Shown: positions 43,148 through 54,077 of the stretch, piece after piece
Layout of the letters: each line of letters starts with the position of its first letter
Numbering within the stretch: position 1 is the first letter of the stretch
Assembly: GCA_030770535.1 (NCBI GenBank)
Contig: JASVEC010000002.1
Span: forward strand, 1,240,001 to 1,304,000
Origin: Batkoa obscura
Taxonomy: Eukaryota
Direction of reading: 5' to 3'
DNA: 64,000 nucleotides
Translations under genes and position numbers: made by a program
Notes under the pieces: model-generated
What the model was told of the DNA's origin: nothing
The model's database searches: none
Seen by the model: only the letters and a program-made list of their open reading frames with translations

Positions 43148-43664
43148 ATATAGTTAATAAGCATTTTGAAAATTTCTTACAAAAAATAGTTTTAAGTACT
43201 AAAACAAAAAATATTAATCACTTAATTTTAAAATTTAAGATTTTTATTTATAAACATAATGAAATTAATAATTTAGCTATTCCTAATAAAAAAACAAATG
43301 TATTTTTTAAAAAGTGTAAGAAAACAAAAATATAAAAAGAATAATAAAAATATTTATATTTTATTAAACATAATAACAAGCTAGATTATTATCTAGTATT
43401 TGATAAATAAATAAGAAATTATATAATTTTAATTAAAATTGTAAAGTTTATTTTACAAAAACAATAAAAAGCTTAAATATTTATTAAGTGAGTGTTTTAT
43501 TAAACAATAGAAATAATTTAAAACTGTGTTGAATAATTTTGGTTTTCAATGAAGAATTTATTTTTAAAGTATTTAAAAATTGAGTAGAAAAATAAAACAC
43601 AAAAATATATCCCCATATAGAGAAATTTAGTAATTAAAATATCAAAAGTTATTTCTAATTTAGA

Positions 43665-43737
43665 TGCCTTCTATCGGAATCGAACCAATGACCTTCCGCT
43701 TACTAGGCGGACGCTCTGCCAACTGAGCCAAGAAGGC
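43665..43737 (-). tRNA. tRNA-Thr(AGT), second identical copy
   Basis: 73 nt identical to 42114-42186; flanks unrelated. Confidence 0.97.
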
Positions 43738-43981
43738 ATTCTATATTAGAAGTTGAATTAAATAATATCTAAAATAAAAGTTCTCTTTAATCTCATTTTT
43801 TCCATTTTCAAGGGCTATTTACATGGATAAACTAGTAAAGCCTTAAAAAAGAGATCTTCATAATAATCTTGAATAGTAAGTATCTGTATTACTATAAATT
43901 AAGATTGTTTTACTATCGTTTGAATTAAATGATTCAACTATAAGTTGATATAAAATTAATATAGAATAGCTTACAGCTACA

Positions 43982-44073
43982 TGATAATTTTTTTGCCTTC
44001 ACTTTTTCTATCTTTAAGGACTATTTGAGTGGAAAGATTGTTAGTAAAATTCTTAAATAAAAAATACATCCCC
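43982..44073 (-). mobile_element. MITE family A copy
   Basis: CTATTTGAGTGGAAAGATTGTTAGTAAAATTCTTAAATAAAAAATACATCCCC. Confidence 0.8.
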
Positions 44074-44326
44074 ATATATTAAAGATATTTGTTAAGCATT
44101 ACAAATCAAACAAATAAAATATTAATAAACCAAACATCTTATGGTTTAGTCCCTATTCCCTCTTGTCCTTGTTCTTGTCTTTCATCTATTTCAATAGGAT
44201 CAATAGAATCACACGCAGTATCTGATAAATACTCACCAGGCTATTTTAAAACTACTAAACCTCCAAAAACAAGTGCAACAATAATAGCTACTCAACTAAT
44301 TACAAGCTGTACCAAACAATCAATAT

Positions 44327-44790
44327 TGTGAAATCTGGTACTCAGGGTTTGGAGTCAAGAACAGCTATTGCTGGGTTGACTACACTATAAGTCGAAAGGT
44401 CTTAGTTTATGTGACTAAGATAGACTTGGATTATGAGGAATAGCACGTAATAGGTTACAAGCTATATAAGACAAATAGAATAGAGAATACTAATGTAAAA
44501 CCTATGTAAAATACTATTAAGAAAACTTAGTGGCTTTATTAAATGTTTGAGATATCAGGTAATAATTCAGTTAAAAAGCCTCGAACTACTATACTCTGTA
44601 AACTCTTTTATACTCTGAAAAGTATAAATATCAAAATGAGAGGATAATATTCTTTTGGATGGAGCTAGAAATTCTCATAACAAATCAAAATAAGAACATG
44701 GGATTGATTCCTTCTGAACTCGAGAACACAACAGCTTAGGCGATTGTTATGTTACAATTAACCATGGGACTGACAAAGCGATATTTCACA
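44327..44790. mobile_element. Solo LTR (464 bp) with 5-bp TSD
   Basis: Ends TGTGAAAT...ATTTCACA (8-bp inverted, TG..CA); TSD AATAT at 44322-44326 and 44791-44795; removal restores the host pseudogene frame (SNCNIDCLVQL); TATATAA at ~44463. Confidence 0.82.
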
Positions 44791-45903
44791 AATATTACAA
44801 TTGGATAAAGAATAAGGAATGTCATTTCCAGTATATCGAAATGGAATAAAAAACCCGAATACTTTATTAACAAAGTGGCATTGTTACTCTGTGTACAAAT
44901 AAACCAATAAGCAAATACTTGTAGCTCACCAGTTATACTGCCATAAAACACATAAAGAAAGAGTAATTCAATGTATTTATACTCTTTTAAATCAATTCGG
45001 ATCCAATCCGATTAATCAATGTTTGAATAGGCTAATTGAGCAGGATAACCACCGCCCCAGACACACATCGATATAATAAAGATCAAGCTAATCCAATAAA
45101 TCCTATGGCTCTTTTTGAAAAATTTGTTGTGCCTGTTGCTTGAAACACCAATAAACTGCCTTATTAAGACCGCATGTACGTGGGTTAAATAAATGGGGAT
45201 TAAATACATAGGGATAATAGATATACCCCTAATTAGTGCAAATAGAAAAAGGAATTAATAATAGTAGTTTAAAGTTGAATAAAGTTTCAAATGATCCTAT
45301 TAGTTCATGTAGTAAAGTAGTGTCTTCTGTTATTTCAACTGGGATATTCTCAGCAGCCATGGTTTTAGGAAAACCTTTAATGGCTAAGGCCAATAAGGCA
45401 CCAAAGGACATTAAAACTATGATCAAAATAAATGCAGAAAAGTATGAACTGGTCGCTGTGGTATAATTGATACCCAAATAAACAAAACCTCCAATCATAC
45501 CACCTGTGGCATATACGTCCCGCATTTGAGAAAAACATGTTCCTTTTTTAAACTCATTGGAATAATTTAATAGCAATGCTGCTTGTGTAACCCAATATAA
45601 ACTAGATCCAATCCCTAAGACACTACTTCCAACAATAAACAAAAGCTCTTGATCATAAAAAGTGGCAGGCGATGAATGGAAACATCCCAATAATGAACCA
45701 GTGTAAAAGACATAGGTCAAGGACCTAATAAAGAGGGCTATTATAGGGCTTAAAAGATGAATAATAGGAGCACAAAAGAAGGTATTTATGGAAGTTGCTA
45801 TATAGAATATGGTATTGTCTTTTGTCAATATGGCAGGGTCGATATGCTTATACCCTCCCATTTCTATTAAGGCACTTGATAAACCAGGACAAAAAAAACA
45901 AAT

Positions 45904-46002
45904 GGGGATGTATTTTTGTGTTTAAGGATTTTACCAACAAATTTTCCGCTTAAATAGGGCTTAAAAAATAGAAAAAATAATGAAGTCAAAAAAAACACTC
46001 CC
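45904..46002 (+). mobile_element. MITE family A copy inserted in coding sequence, TSD AAAT
   Basis: AAAT-GGGGATG...CACTCCC-AAAT; removal rejoins ...LLS-ICFFCPG of the UNC-93-like pseudogene. Confidence 0.93.
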
Positions 46003-46711
46003 AAATACTGAGTAAAACTCTATGATGGAAAGAACAGACTCAAAGTAACCCATTGTAAGTTCGTAATAAGTGTTAAAAAGTCAACTATAGAAAAGAAATA
46101 GGATTCTATTTGTATATTTATACTATTGCTATAAATATACTTGCCACATAGTAATTTTTTTAGGAACATTAAATCAAATGATTATTTTTAAAGTAACATA
46201 CTGAAATGATTTTTATCATGTAATATCTTTATTAGTTTTTATTATGTTATTACTATTTAATAAATATTGGTAACGAATATTATTAATAACTGCTATTAAA
46301 CTTTTTAATTTTTTTGACTATATATAAAAATAGATTCTGAATTTAATACACTTGCAATAAAAAAATATACTTGCCTTAGAAACATTATTATAGCATTTAA
46401 CTTTTCTAGAAAATACATGTTTAATGGGGTATTTATTGAGAGCCTTTATTTTTATAAACAAAATTTTTAAAAGTTAGGATAAAGTATAGCTTAAAAAGGC
46501 TTAATAAACTGAAGCAGTTTTTTTGAACTCAGCCTATATACAGTGATTGGGTATTTAAGACCTTCTTCTTAAACAGCTACATAATAACAATATATTATGT
46601 GGATGCGTTTTTTGATTCATTTATTTTTCCATTTTTTATATTATAAAAACCTGAAAAAAGTATTAGTTAAACATTAAAATAAAGATGCCCTCTTATAAAA
46701 ATTAAACATAC

Positions 46712-46809
46712 AGGAATGTTTTTTTGGCTTCATCACTTTTTCTATCTTTTAAACACTATTTGAGTGTAAATTTTATTAGTAAAATTCTTAAACCTAAAAA
46801 TACATCTCC
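46712..46809 (-). mobile_element. MITE family A copy
   Basis: AGGAATGTTTTTTTGG...CACTATTTGAGTG...AGTAAAATTCTTAAA...ATACATCTCC. Confidence 0.8.
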
Positions 46810-47084
46810 ATATAAATTAACTTTAATTATATGATACTTATGTGATTCAAAAATATTACTTTTAGATATACTATATCATTCACCATGTTAAATACATTAT
46901 ATAAAAGAAACAAATATCTGATTAAATTGTTACCATAGCAATTTAATATGACTTATTATTATTAAATAGAATGAAAGCTAGATGAGTGAAGTTTATGTGA
47001 GTTTATTTTCAACTACAAAGAGAACATCAAATCTTTGGGATATTAAATACCAACAACTTAAACTCTCCTTAACTCTACGGTGTA

Positions 47085-48904
47085 TCAACCCAATTTTGAG
47101 GCCTGAAAATAATTAATAAGAATGGATATTATAATTCCAATTTAATGTCAAACTTACCTTTTGATATAAAGATTCTACAACATTGTTCATATTCTTTAAA
47201 TTATCAATGGCTGTACTATATAATTTCTATAAATTAAAAGTTAGCACATATTACAGTCTAATTAAAAGATGTGAACTTACATCATTTTCTTGCTCGTCAA
47301 AAACAATAAGGCATCCTGCTCCTTGATCCAAAACTCCATGAAAGACTTTGTCTAAAATCATTTGAGACAATCTAAATGATAAGTAAAAACAAAATGAGAA
47401 TTTAAAGAGCTTACTTGGCTTCAACTTCATCAGTAGTTAAGCGTACAAGTTTAGCTACATGTTCTATTTCAACCTTTGAGTATGGTTCAATAACTCGTAC
47501 TAAATTTTGTTCTAATAAGGTATCATAAAGCGCATGGAGATGGGAATGAATAATAGGATCTCCTTTTAACTCTTTTATTTATGATTAATATTTTTTATAA
47601 AAAACATATAAAATAGAGTTACCATTTTTGTATTCGTTTGAAGCCTCTTCAAACTCCTTTAATGAACGATTACGGTAAGCATCTGAGACTCTTTTCATTG
47701 CTTCAATATCACGTCCAGCATACTTTAATCCTAATTTTCCGCTCGTAATTGACGAAACATCATCAGTCTAAGTATAATCAACTATTAACAAAGTAGATAA
47801 AATATTTAACAAAAACTGTACCAAACCAATCATAACTTTACATAAAAGCATGTATTTCAAGGCAATTACAGCTTGTGTATCATTGTGGGATGAATAGCTT
47901 TCAAAAGTTTCATAAAAGTAGGAAAATCTAATAAATCTAATTAAATCATTGATTCATCTGATTTGACTATATATAATTACGCTGTTTTGAAATCCTTATC
48001 TTCAGCATGTAAAATACCAGATTGTAAATCTAAAGCACCTTGTAATAAAGGCGGACAATAGATGGAATTGGCTGAGGTACGAGCTGAAGTTAATGCAGCC
48101 TTTGTAAATCTTTAGAATCTTAACCAACAACACTAAGAAGTAACTTACTCTTGATTTTGGGAGGTTTCTAAGTGCATAATAAGCACGACTTTCTAATAAT
48201 TGAACTTCTACTAATACCATTTTATCATCCAATCGCTTAAGTTCTTTTAATAAAGTTGAAATTAATTTCAAAGTATTAGTATAATCACGATTTTCTAAAT
48301 AGCTAAACAAAACATTAGATATGATGAATGTGAAATGATAATATAAAATAATCAAAATAACACATACACAGAAATAAGTTTGGTTTCTACATTCTGTTTC
48401 AAAAAGACACGCTTTTCCTTTGAGCACCATTCAATAATCTCTTTACATACTTCAATTTGTAAATTTAAAGACTCTGGAATACCCTTAAAGTTATCAATCA
48501 AAGAACGAACTAAATTCATTGTTTAAATCTTGAGCAAAAATAAATCATTTATCTTACTTATTTTTGAAGTTTTGGCTTTTGGTATTATAGTAAAAAAGTC
48601 GTGGCTTGAACGTAATAATGAACTTAACCCTTCAGCATTTCTAAATTATTTAGTAAATTTGGTTCAATTCGAGGCTTGATTGAATTACTTTTTTTCCTGA
48701 TAAATGGAACCAAGCTTTAAAATGGCTATTTCTTTAGCTTTTACTGAACTATCCGAGTTGTCTAAAGATTTTAATTTCAAATAATTACAAACTAAAAATA
48801 GGCCTACCATTTGAATTGTTTAATATGTTCTTATAAGCGTTTAATGCAGAATCAAAATCCTTTGATGTATAATATTGTTCGGCTTCAGCTAATTGATGGT
48901 CCAT
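47085..48904 (-). CDS. RPN6: 26S proteasome lid subunit Rpn6 (PSMD11), multi-exon
   Basis: [66 protein letters not shown] (PCI domain). Confidence 0.95.
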
Positions 48905-49123
48905 CTTATTACTAATTTTAAATTTAAAAAAAACTAACTTTGAAGTCTAAGCTTAGACCTAATTTGATTACCAAGATGACGTACGAAAATAATCACACAA
49001 GAATCCCACAAAGTGGAAATTGCAAAATTTTGAGCTCAGTATAAATTCGCAAAATTGGTAAGATTAGAAACTTAATTCTGTCTTAGATATCCACCTAAGA
49101 TTGTAATTATTTTAATATACATA

Positions 49124-49264
49124 TCATGCGGTGATGTTCACTGGCTTTTCGGCCTGGCCAAATTTCGACTTTGTTGATTTCACTTAACTTGAGTGCTAAC
49201 ACCGCTTATGAAGAGTGATTTCGATAGAGTTTATATTGGATAGCTTTAAGATAGCTGAGCATGA
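49124..49264 (+). ncRNA. Candidate box C/D snoRNA (~141 nt)
   Basis: Terminal stem TCATGC/GCATGA; box C-like GTGATGT 49131-49137; box D CTGA 49255-49258 directly before the 3' stem; GC-richer island; TATAAA ~85 bp upstream. Confidence 0.55.
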
Positions 49265-49674
49265 AAAAACAACAAAAATAACTAAAAATAATTAAAAATT
49301 TTATTTTTAAAAGTACATCAATAAATGAAATGTGTAAAGTAGAACGCAAAATGCGCTTTATAAAATGTAAACATCCTATGTCTGTTAGATATGGCTATCA
49401 GAGATGATATCCCTTAATATTAATCGTTATGTGGATATAAATCAAACAACTAAATTTTAATGTTTTATCTCTATCTTGTCTTATTCAAAAAGGGGCTTTT
49501 ATAAAAATAATAAATTGTAAAGGTCTTCTATAAATATAATATTATAAAGATTGACTGATGGCTTATTAAATTTTTAAGTAAATATTAAAACATATTCCTG
49601 GATCAGGAATTTAATTCACTGTTTATGACGATTCAATATAATTTGAATTAAGTTTAATATATAATAATTGTTTA

Positions 49675-50877
49675 TTACAAATCACAGGTTTTCATAAATT
49701 CGACGCTATATCTATCACCTTTTACTTGAATTTGTTCAACCAATGCACGGATCTGCGTTTTCATCTTCAGTTAACTTATGATTGGCAGATTCAAGATTCT
49801 CTTCAAGATACTTCATTCTTTTAGTGCCTGGGATAGGAATGAAATCATTGCCCTATTAAAGTTTAGTTTAAACTTAATTATAACTCCAATAAAACCTACT
49901 TGAGCTAAAACCCATGATAGACATAACTAGGAAGCTTTGATTCCCTTTTTACTAGCTATTTCTTCCATTTTGTCAATAATTTGACGATTACGATCAGAAT
50001 TTTCTTCACTAAAACGTGGAAAGTTGGGAACTCTGAAATCATCTTTATCAAGTGCTTTTGCATCTAATTTTCCAGTCAAAAGTCCACGTCCTAATGCGGA
50101 ATAAGCAATAATGGCTACTCCAAACTCTCTGCAAGCATCTAGTAATCCGTTTTTCTCAATAAAGGTTTCCCATGGGCTTATTGTAAATTGTTATTAGATG
50201 GGTAGTTTAAAACAAATGATAAAAATAGCTACCTATACTCAACTTGGACAGCAGAAATAGGATGAACTTTATAAGCCCTTCTTAATGTTTCTGCACTACA
50301 CTCAGATAATCCCAGATATTTTACTTTACCCTCTTTAACCAACTCAGCCATTGCTGTCACTGTTTCTTCAATTAGGCTATAAGTCAAGTAAGTATAAAAT
50401 AAACATAACTCAAAATAAAACTATACGTATTTGGATATACTCTGTGCTGATAGTATAAATCAATGGTTTTAATACCTAATCTTTTTAAACTGGCATCACA
50501 ACATTGTTTTACATACTCTTTGTCGCCTCGAACTTTGAGGGTTTTGGTTTCTGGGTCGTAGCTATTGGCAAATTTAGTGCAAATGAAAACTTCATCTCTG
50601 CGATCTTTTAAAACTTTAGCTATTAACTTTTCATTTTCACCCATGCCATACATGTCCTATAGAAATATTAACATGTGTTTATATAATTTAGCTATTTATC
50701 ATTTACAGCAGTATCCCAAAAAGTAGCCCCTAAATCAATGGCTCTATTTAGTACTTTGATGCTTTCTTCATTTTGCTCTGGAGTGACATGAAAGATGCTC
50801 ATACCCATACATCCTAGTCCAATACTAGAGACTTGGGGGCCGTTTTTGCCTAATTGACGTGTTGCTAATTTATTCGT
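49675..50877 (-). pseudogene. Aldo-keto reductase (YakC/AKR13-like) pseudogene
   Basis: [37 protein letters not shown] motifs; in-frame TAG at 49927-49929 (KAS*LCLSWVLAQ); frameshift at ~49755; no in-frame ATG (ACG at 50877). Confidence 0.8.
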
Positions 50878-51080
50878 TTTTTTGTACTCATCATCAACTT
50901 TTGATTCCTTTTATACTTTTAGGTTTTTATTTAGTCCTGACTTCTATTTATTTTCAAATAGGTTTATCCTTCTTTTCTCTTGCACATATGGTTTTTAAAG
51001 TCCGATTTTGAAACTAATGAAACATCAGACTTTTTTCCTGTTTATATGGGCTTTCAAAGCCCGATTTCAAAACATGTTAT

Positions 51081-51178
51081 GAGGATGTTTTTTTTTGTTT
51101 AAGAATTTTACTAACAATCTTTCCACTTAAATAGCGCTTAAAAAATGGAAAAATAATGAAATCAAAAAAAACATCCCC
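51081..51178 (+). mobile_element. MITE family A copy, TSD TTAT
   Basis: TTAT-GAGGATGTTTTTT...AAAAAAACATCCCC-TTAT. Confidence 0.92.
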
Positions 51179-51610
51179 TTATGGTATATCATGTTTTTTC
51201 ATCTTTGAAACAATAGTGAAGAATAAAAGAATATTGTATTTCGGCTTTAGAAAATGGCGCTATTTAAAAGACCACAATCAATGAAGGAATATTTTAAAAA
51301 TATATCACCTAAGCAATGGGTGTATATAAATAAGTTTATTTGAATCAATTTGAATATTTAACACTGGGTGTTTAGTATCAAGGTCAATCCAATATGTCAA
51401 ATGAATATGAATATAAGATAATTTTTAAAGGTGTACATGTCAATGTCTTTTTCATTCCAGTATCTAATGTTTTTTAAAAATAGTGTTACATAAAAAATGA
51501 ACAAAAGATTTAAACAAAATATCACAAATTCAAGTAGTCAAAAGCCTGTCTAGTTTATCGTTATATTACAAGTCTTCTTAAACTCAAACATGCTAGTTCA
51601 TTTACAATAT

Positions 51611-51707
51611 GGGAATGTTTTTTTGTGTTTGAGAGTTTTATTAACAGTTTTTCCACTCAGATGGCACTCAAAAAATGGAAAAGTGATGAAGTCAAAAAGA
51701 CATCCCC
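51611..51707 (+). mobile_element. MITE family A copy
   Basis: GGGAATGTTTTTTG...TTTTCCACTCAGATGGCACTCAAAAAATGGAAAAG...CATCCCC. Confidence 0.8.
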
Positions 51708-52431
51708 CAAAGTGATACTAAAAGCTAAATCAGATGGTAGCTTTAACTCAATTTTTACAGTATTTTTTATTTATTATTATTTAAGGTTAAATAACCCTAA
51801 AAGGCTTCAAAAATTGAATATATCCTTTAATTTTTTTTCATCCACGGAGATCTCTAGTAAAAGGCGAGGGATCTATTCGTTTGAAAACTGAATGAAAAAA
51901 AGGATAATTATTTATAAAACATTGTTATTGGTTTTATTTAAAACATTGTTTTAGATTATGTTTCCTCCTTATGGGATTACAACTGAGTTAGATATATTTT
52001 TCTCTCTGGCCAATAATAATCAAAGGAAAATAATTTTTGATTGGATTTGAATTAAACTATGGGATGACTTTTACACTAACTTATTTTATAATTGTTTATA
52101 TAGTTGCCATTATTGAAATTAAACTTTTTAGAAAAATTATTTTAGGAATAATACTAATAACTCAACAATTTTATTTCTGATAATTTTAGTCGAATTTAAA
52201 TTAGCTCCTGACTTTATGATTTTAATAATACATTGTAAAAATACCTCAATGACAAGGTGTACATCTGACCTAATTTTAAAGAATTGTATTTTCCCAGCTT
52301 CAAAAATGTTGCAAAAAGTAGGAAAAATAAAGCGAATTTAAAACTCCACCAATAGCACCCATAATATATTGTGTCAAAAAAGCAACCATAAAAGCAGTGA
52401 ATTCAATTTTGATTCACGTCATTTCTTTACA

Positions 52432-53763
52432 ATGGTATCCGCCCTTTACAGTGAAACTCAAAACAAATTAAGCGATAACGGACCTTCCCGTGCTTCTATT
52501 TTATTTTCGATTGGTGATAAAGTAGGAGCTTTAGATGAATGTTTAGTTGTTTTAAAAGAGTTAAAAATCTCAATGACACGTATTGAGTCTCGACCAAGTT
52601 TAAACAACCCAGATAGTTATGATTTTTTTGTTGATATTGATGGTAAGGATTATAATTTAGCTTCACAAGCAGTAGAGCACCTTACTTCAAAGGTATCCAG
52701 TATCCGTTTAATCCAATCAGCACCTTCTTCCGATAATGTATCGTTAAATAGCGTACCTTGGTTCCCCAGAAAAAAGAGTGATTTAGATACGTTTGCAGAA
52801 AAGGTGTTAGAAATGGGAGAAGATTTGTCATCGGATCATCCAGGTGCTCAAGACTTAGTTTATCGTAAACGTCGTTCGGAGATCACCAATATTGCAAAAA
52901 CTTATAAAACAGGACAACCATTACCAAGGATTGAATATAATGAAGTTGAAATTCAAACATGGGGAGAAGTTTATCGTAAAACAATGGACCTTTACAAAAA
53001 ATATGCTTGTAAAGAATACCTTCATGTATTCCCCTTATTGGAAAAAAATTGTGGATTTTCTGCTAATAATATTCCACAAATTGAAGATATCTCAAGGTTT
53101 TTAAAAGAGTGTACTGGGTTCACTCTTAAACCAGTCATGGGCTTATTAACTTCTAGAGATTTTTTAAATGGTTTAGCTTTTAGAGTATTCCATTCTACTC
53201 AATATTTACGTCATCATTCAAAACCTCTTTATACCCCAGAACCAGATGTTTGTCATGAACTTTTAGGTCATGTACCATTATTTGCTAACCCAGAGTTTGC
53301 TGACTTCTCACAAGAAATCGGATTAGCTTCCTTAGGTGCTTCGGATGATGATATTGAAAAATTAGCCACGATCTATTGGTTTACTGTTGAATTTGGATTA
53401 TGTAAACAAGGGGATGAAATTAAAGCATATGGGGCAGGTATTCTTTCTTCTTATGGGGAATTAGAATACTCCATGTCAGATAAACCAGAAAAAAGACCAT
53501 TCGATCCCAAAATGACCGCTGTAACTAAATATCCTATTACTGAATACCAACCAGTTTATTATGTAGCTGAAAGTTTTGCTGATGCTAGAGATAAAGTACG
53601 TGAATTTGCTGATTCTTTATCTCGTCCATTTCATGTCCGTTATAATCCTTATACTGAGTCTATTGAAGTGCTTGATTCAAAAGATAAGCTTGCTAACTAT
53701 GCCAATAGTATTAAATCCGATTTTGAGAAATTGGTCAATGCTCTTAATCAATTGAAAGCTTAA
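52432..53763 (+). CDS. PAH: Phenylalanine 4-hydroxylase (biopterin-dependent aromatic amino acid hydroxylase with ACT domain), intronless
   Basis: ACT motifs VGAL and IESRPS; VPWFPRK; DHPG; YTPEPDVCHELLGHVP; IYWFTVEFGL; KAYGAGILSS; first ATG at 52432. Confidence 0.95.
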   Translation: MVSALYSETQNKLSDNGPSRASILFSIGDKVGALDECLVVLKELKISMTRIESRPSLNNPDSYDFFVDIDGKDYNLASQAVEHLTSKVSSIRLIQSAPSSDNVSLNSVPWFPRKKSDLDTFAEKVLEMGEDLSSDHPGAQDLVYRKRRSEITNIAKTYKTGQPLPRIEYNEVEIQTWGEVYRKTMDLYKKYACKEYLHVFPLLEKNCGFSANNIPQIEDISRFLKECTGFTLKPVMGLLTSRDFLNGLAFRVFHSTQYLRHHSKPLYTPEPDVCHELLGHVPLFANPEFADFSQEIGLASLGASDDDIEKLATIYWFTVEFGLCKQGDEIKAYGAGILSSYGELEYSMSDKPEKRPFDPKMTAVTKYPITEYQPVYYVAESFADARDKVREFADSLSRPFHVRYNPYTESIEVLDSKDKLANYANSIKSDFEKLVNALNQLKA

Positions 53764-54077
53764 TAGGTTAGGATTGAATACTTTTGGATATTGTAATTAA
53801 ATAAATTTTATTTTGATTATTATAAATAATTTATTTTATTTTTGTATTTAATTTTAATATATAAAATTATAAAATTCAAATTATGGTATAAATAAAATAC
53901 ATTACTATTGTGATAAACCTTTTATAAAATATTTTAGGTTAAATAAGCAATTGTTTAAATTTAAACGATTATTATTTTGTTCAAACTTGAACCTCGAAAT
54001 TAATTTTAAAATTTAATGAGAAGTTTTAATCTTGCTTTTTATCAATTTTAAATTTAAAAACAAGTTAACTTTAAAAA

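Larger units (their letters stand above)
44139..46053 (-). pseudogene. Pseudogene of a UNC-93-like MFS paralog
   Basis: Colinear with 37355-38695 (ICFFCPGLSSALIEMGG vs ICFACPGMFNALNGMGG; LFNPRTCGLNKAVYW vs LFNVRTRSLNNVVYW; QLVIS* vs QLLINW); stops at 45229, 45012, 44292, 44241; frameshifts; MITE and solo-LTR insertions. Confidence 0.88.

Noticed and set aside
41170..44073. Clustered ~100-bp repeats as a CRISPR-like array
   Set aside because: Eukaryotic context, irregular spacing, both orientations, TIRs and TSDs, no cas genes; these are MITEs
48945..48958. 14-bp palindrome GTCTAAGCTTAGAC upstream of RPN6
   Set aside because: Single occurrence with no recognisable factor motif; cannot be supported beyond chance
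50985..51076. Imperfect ~30-bp direct repeat and hairpin upstream of the AKR pseudogene
   Set aside because: Only two degenerate units and no other copies seen; not enough to call an element
52369..52431. TTG-initiated N-terminal extension of PAH
   Set aside because: Eukaryotic gene; the ATG at 52432 has a good context (ACAATGG) and directly precedes the ACT domain
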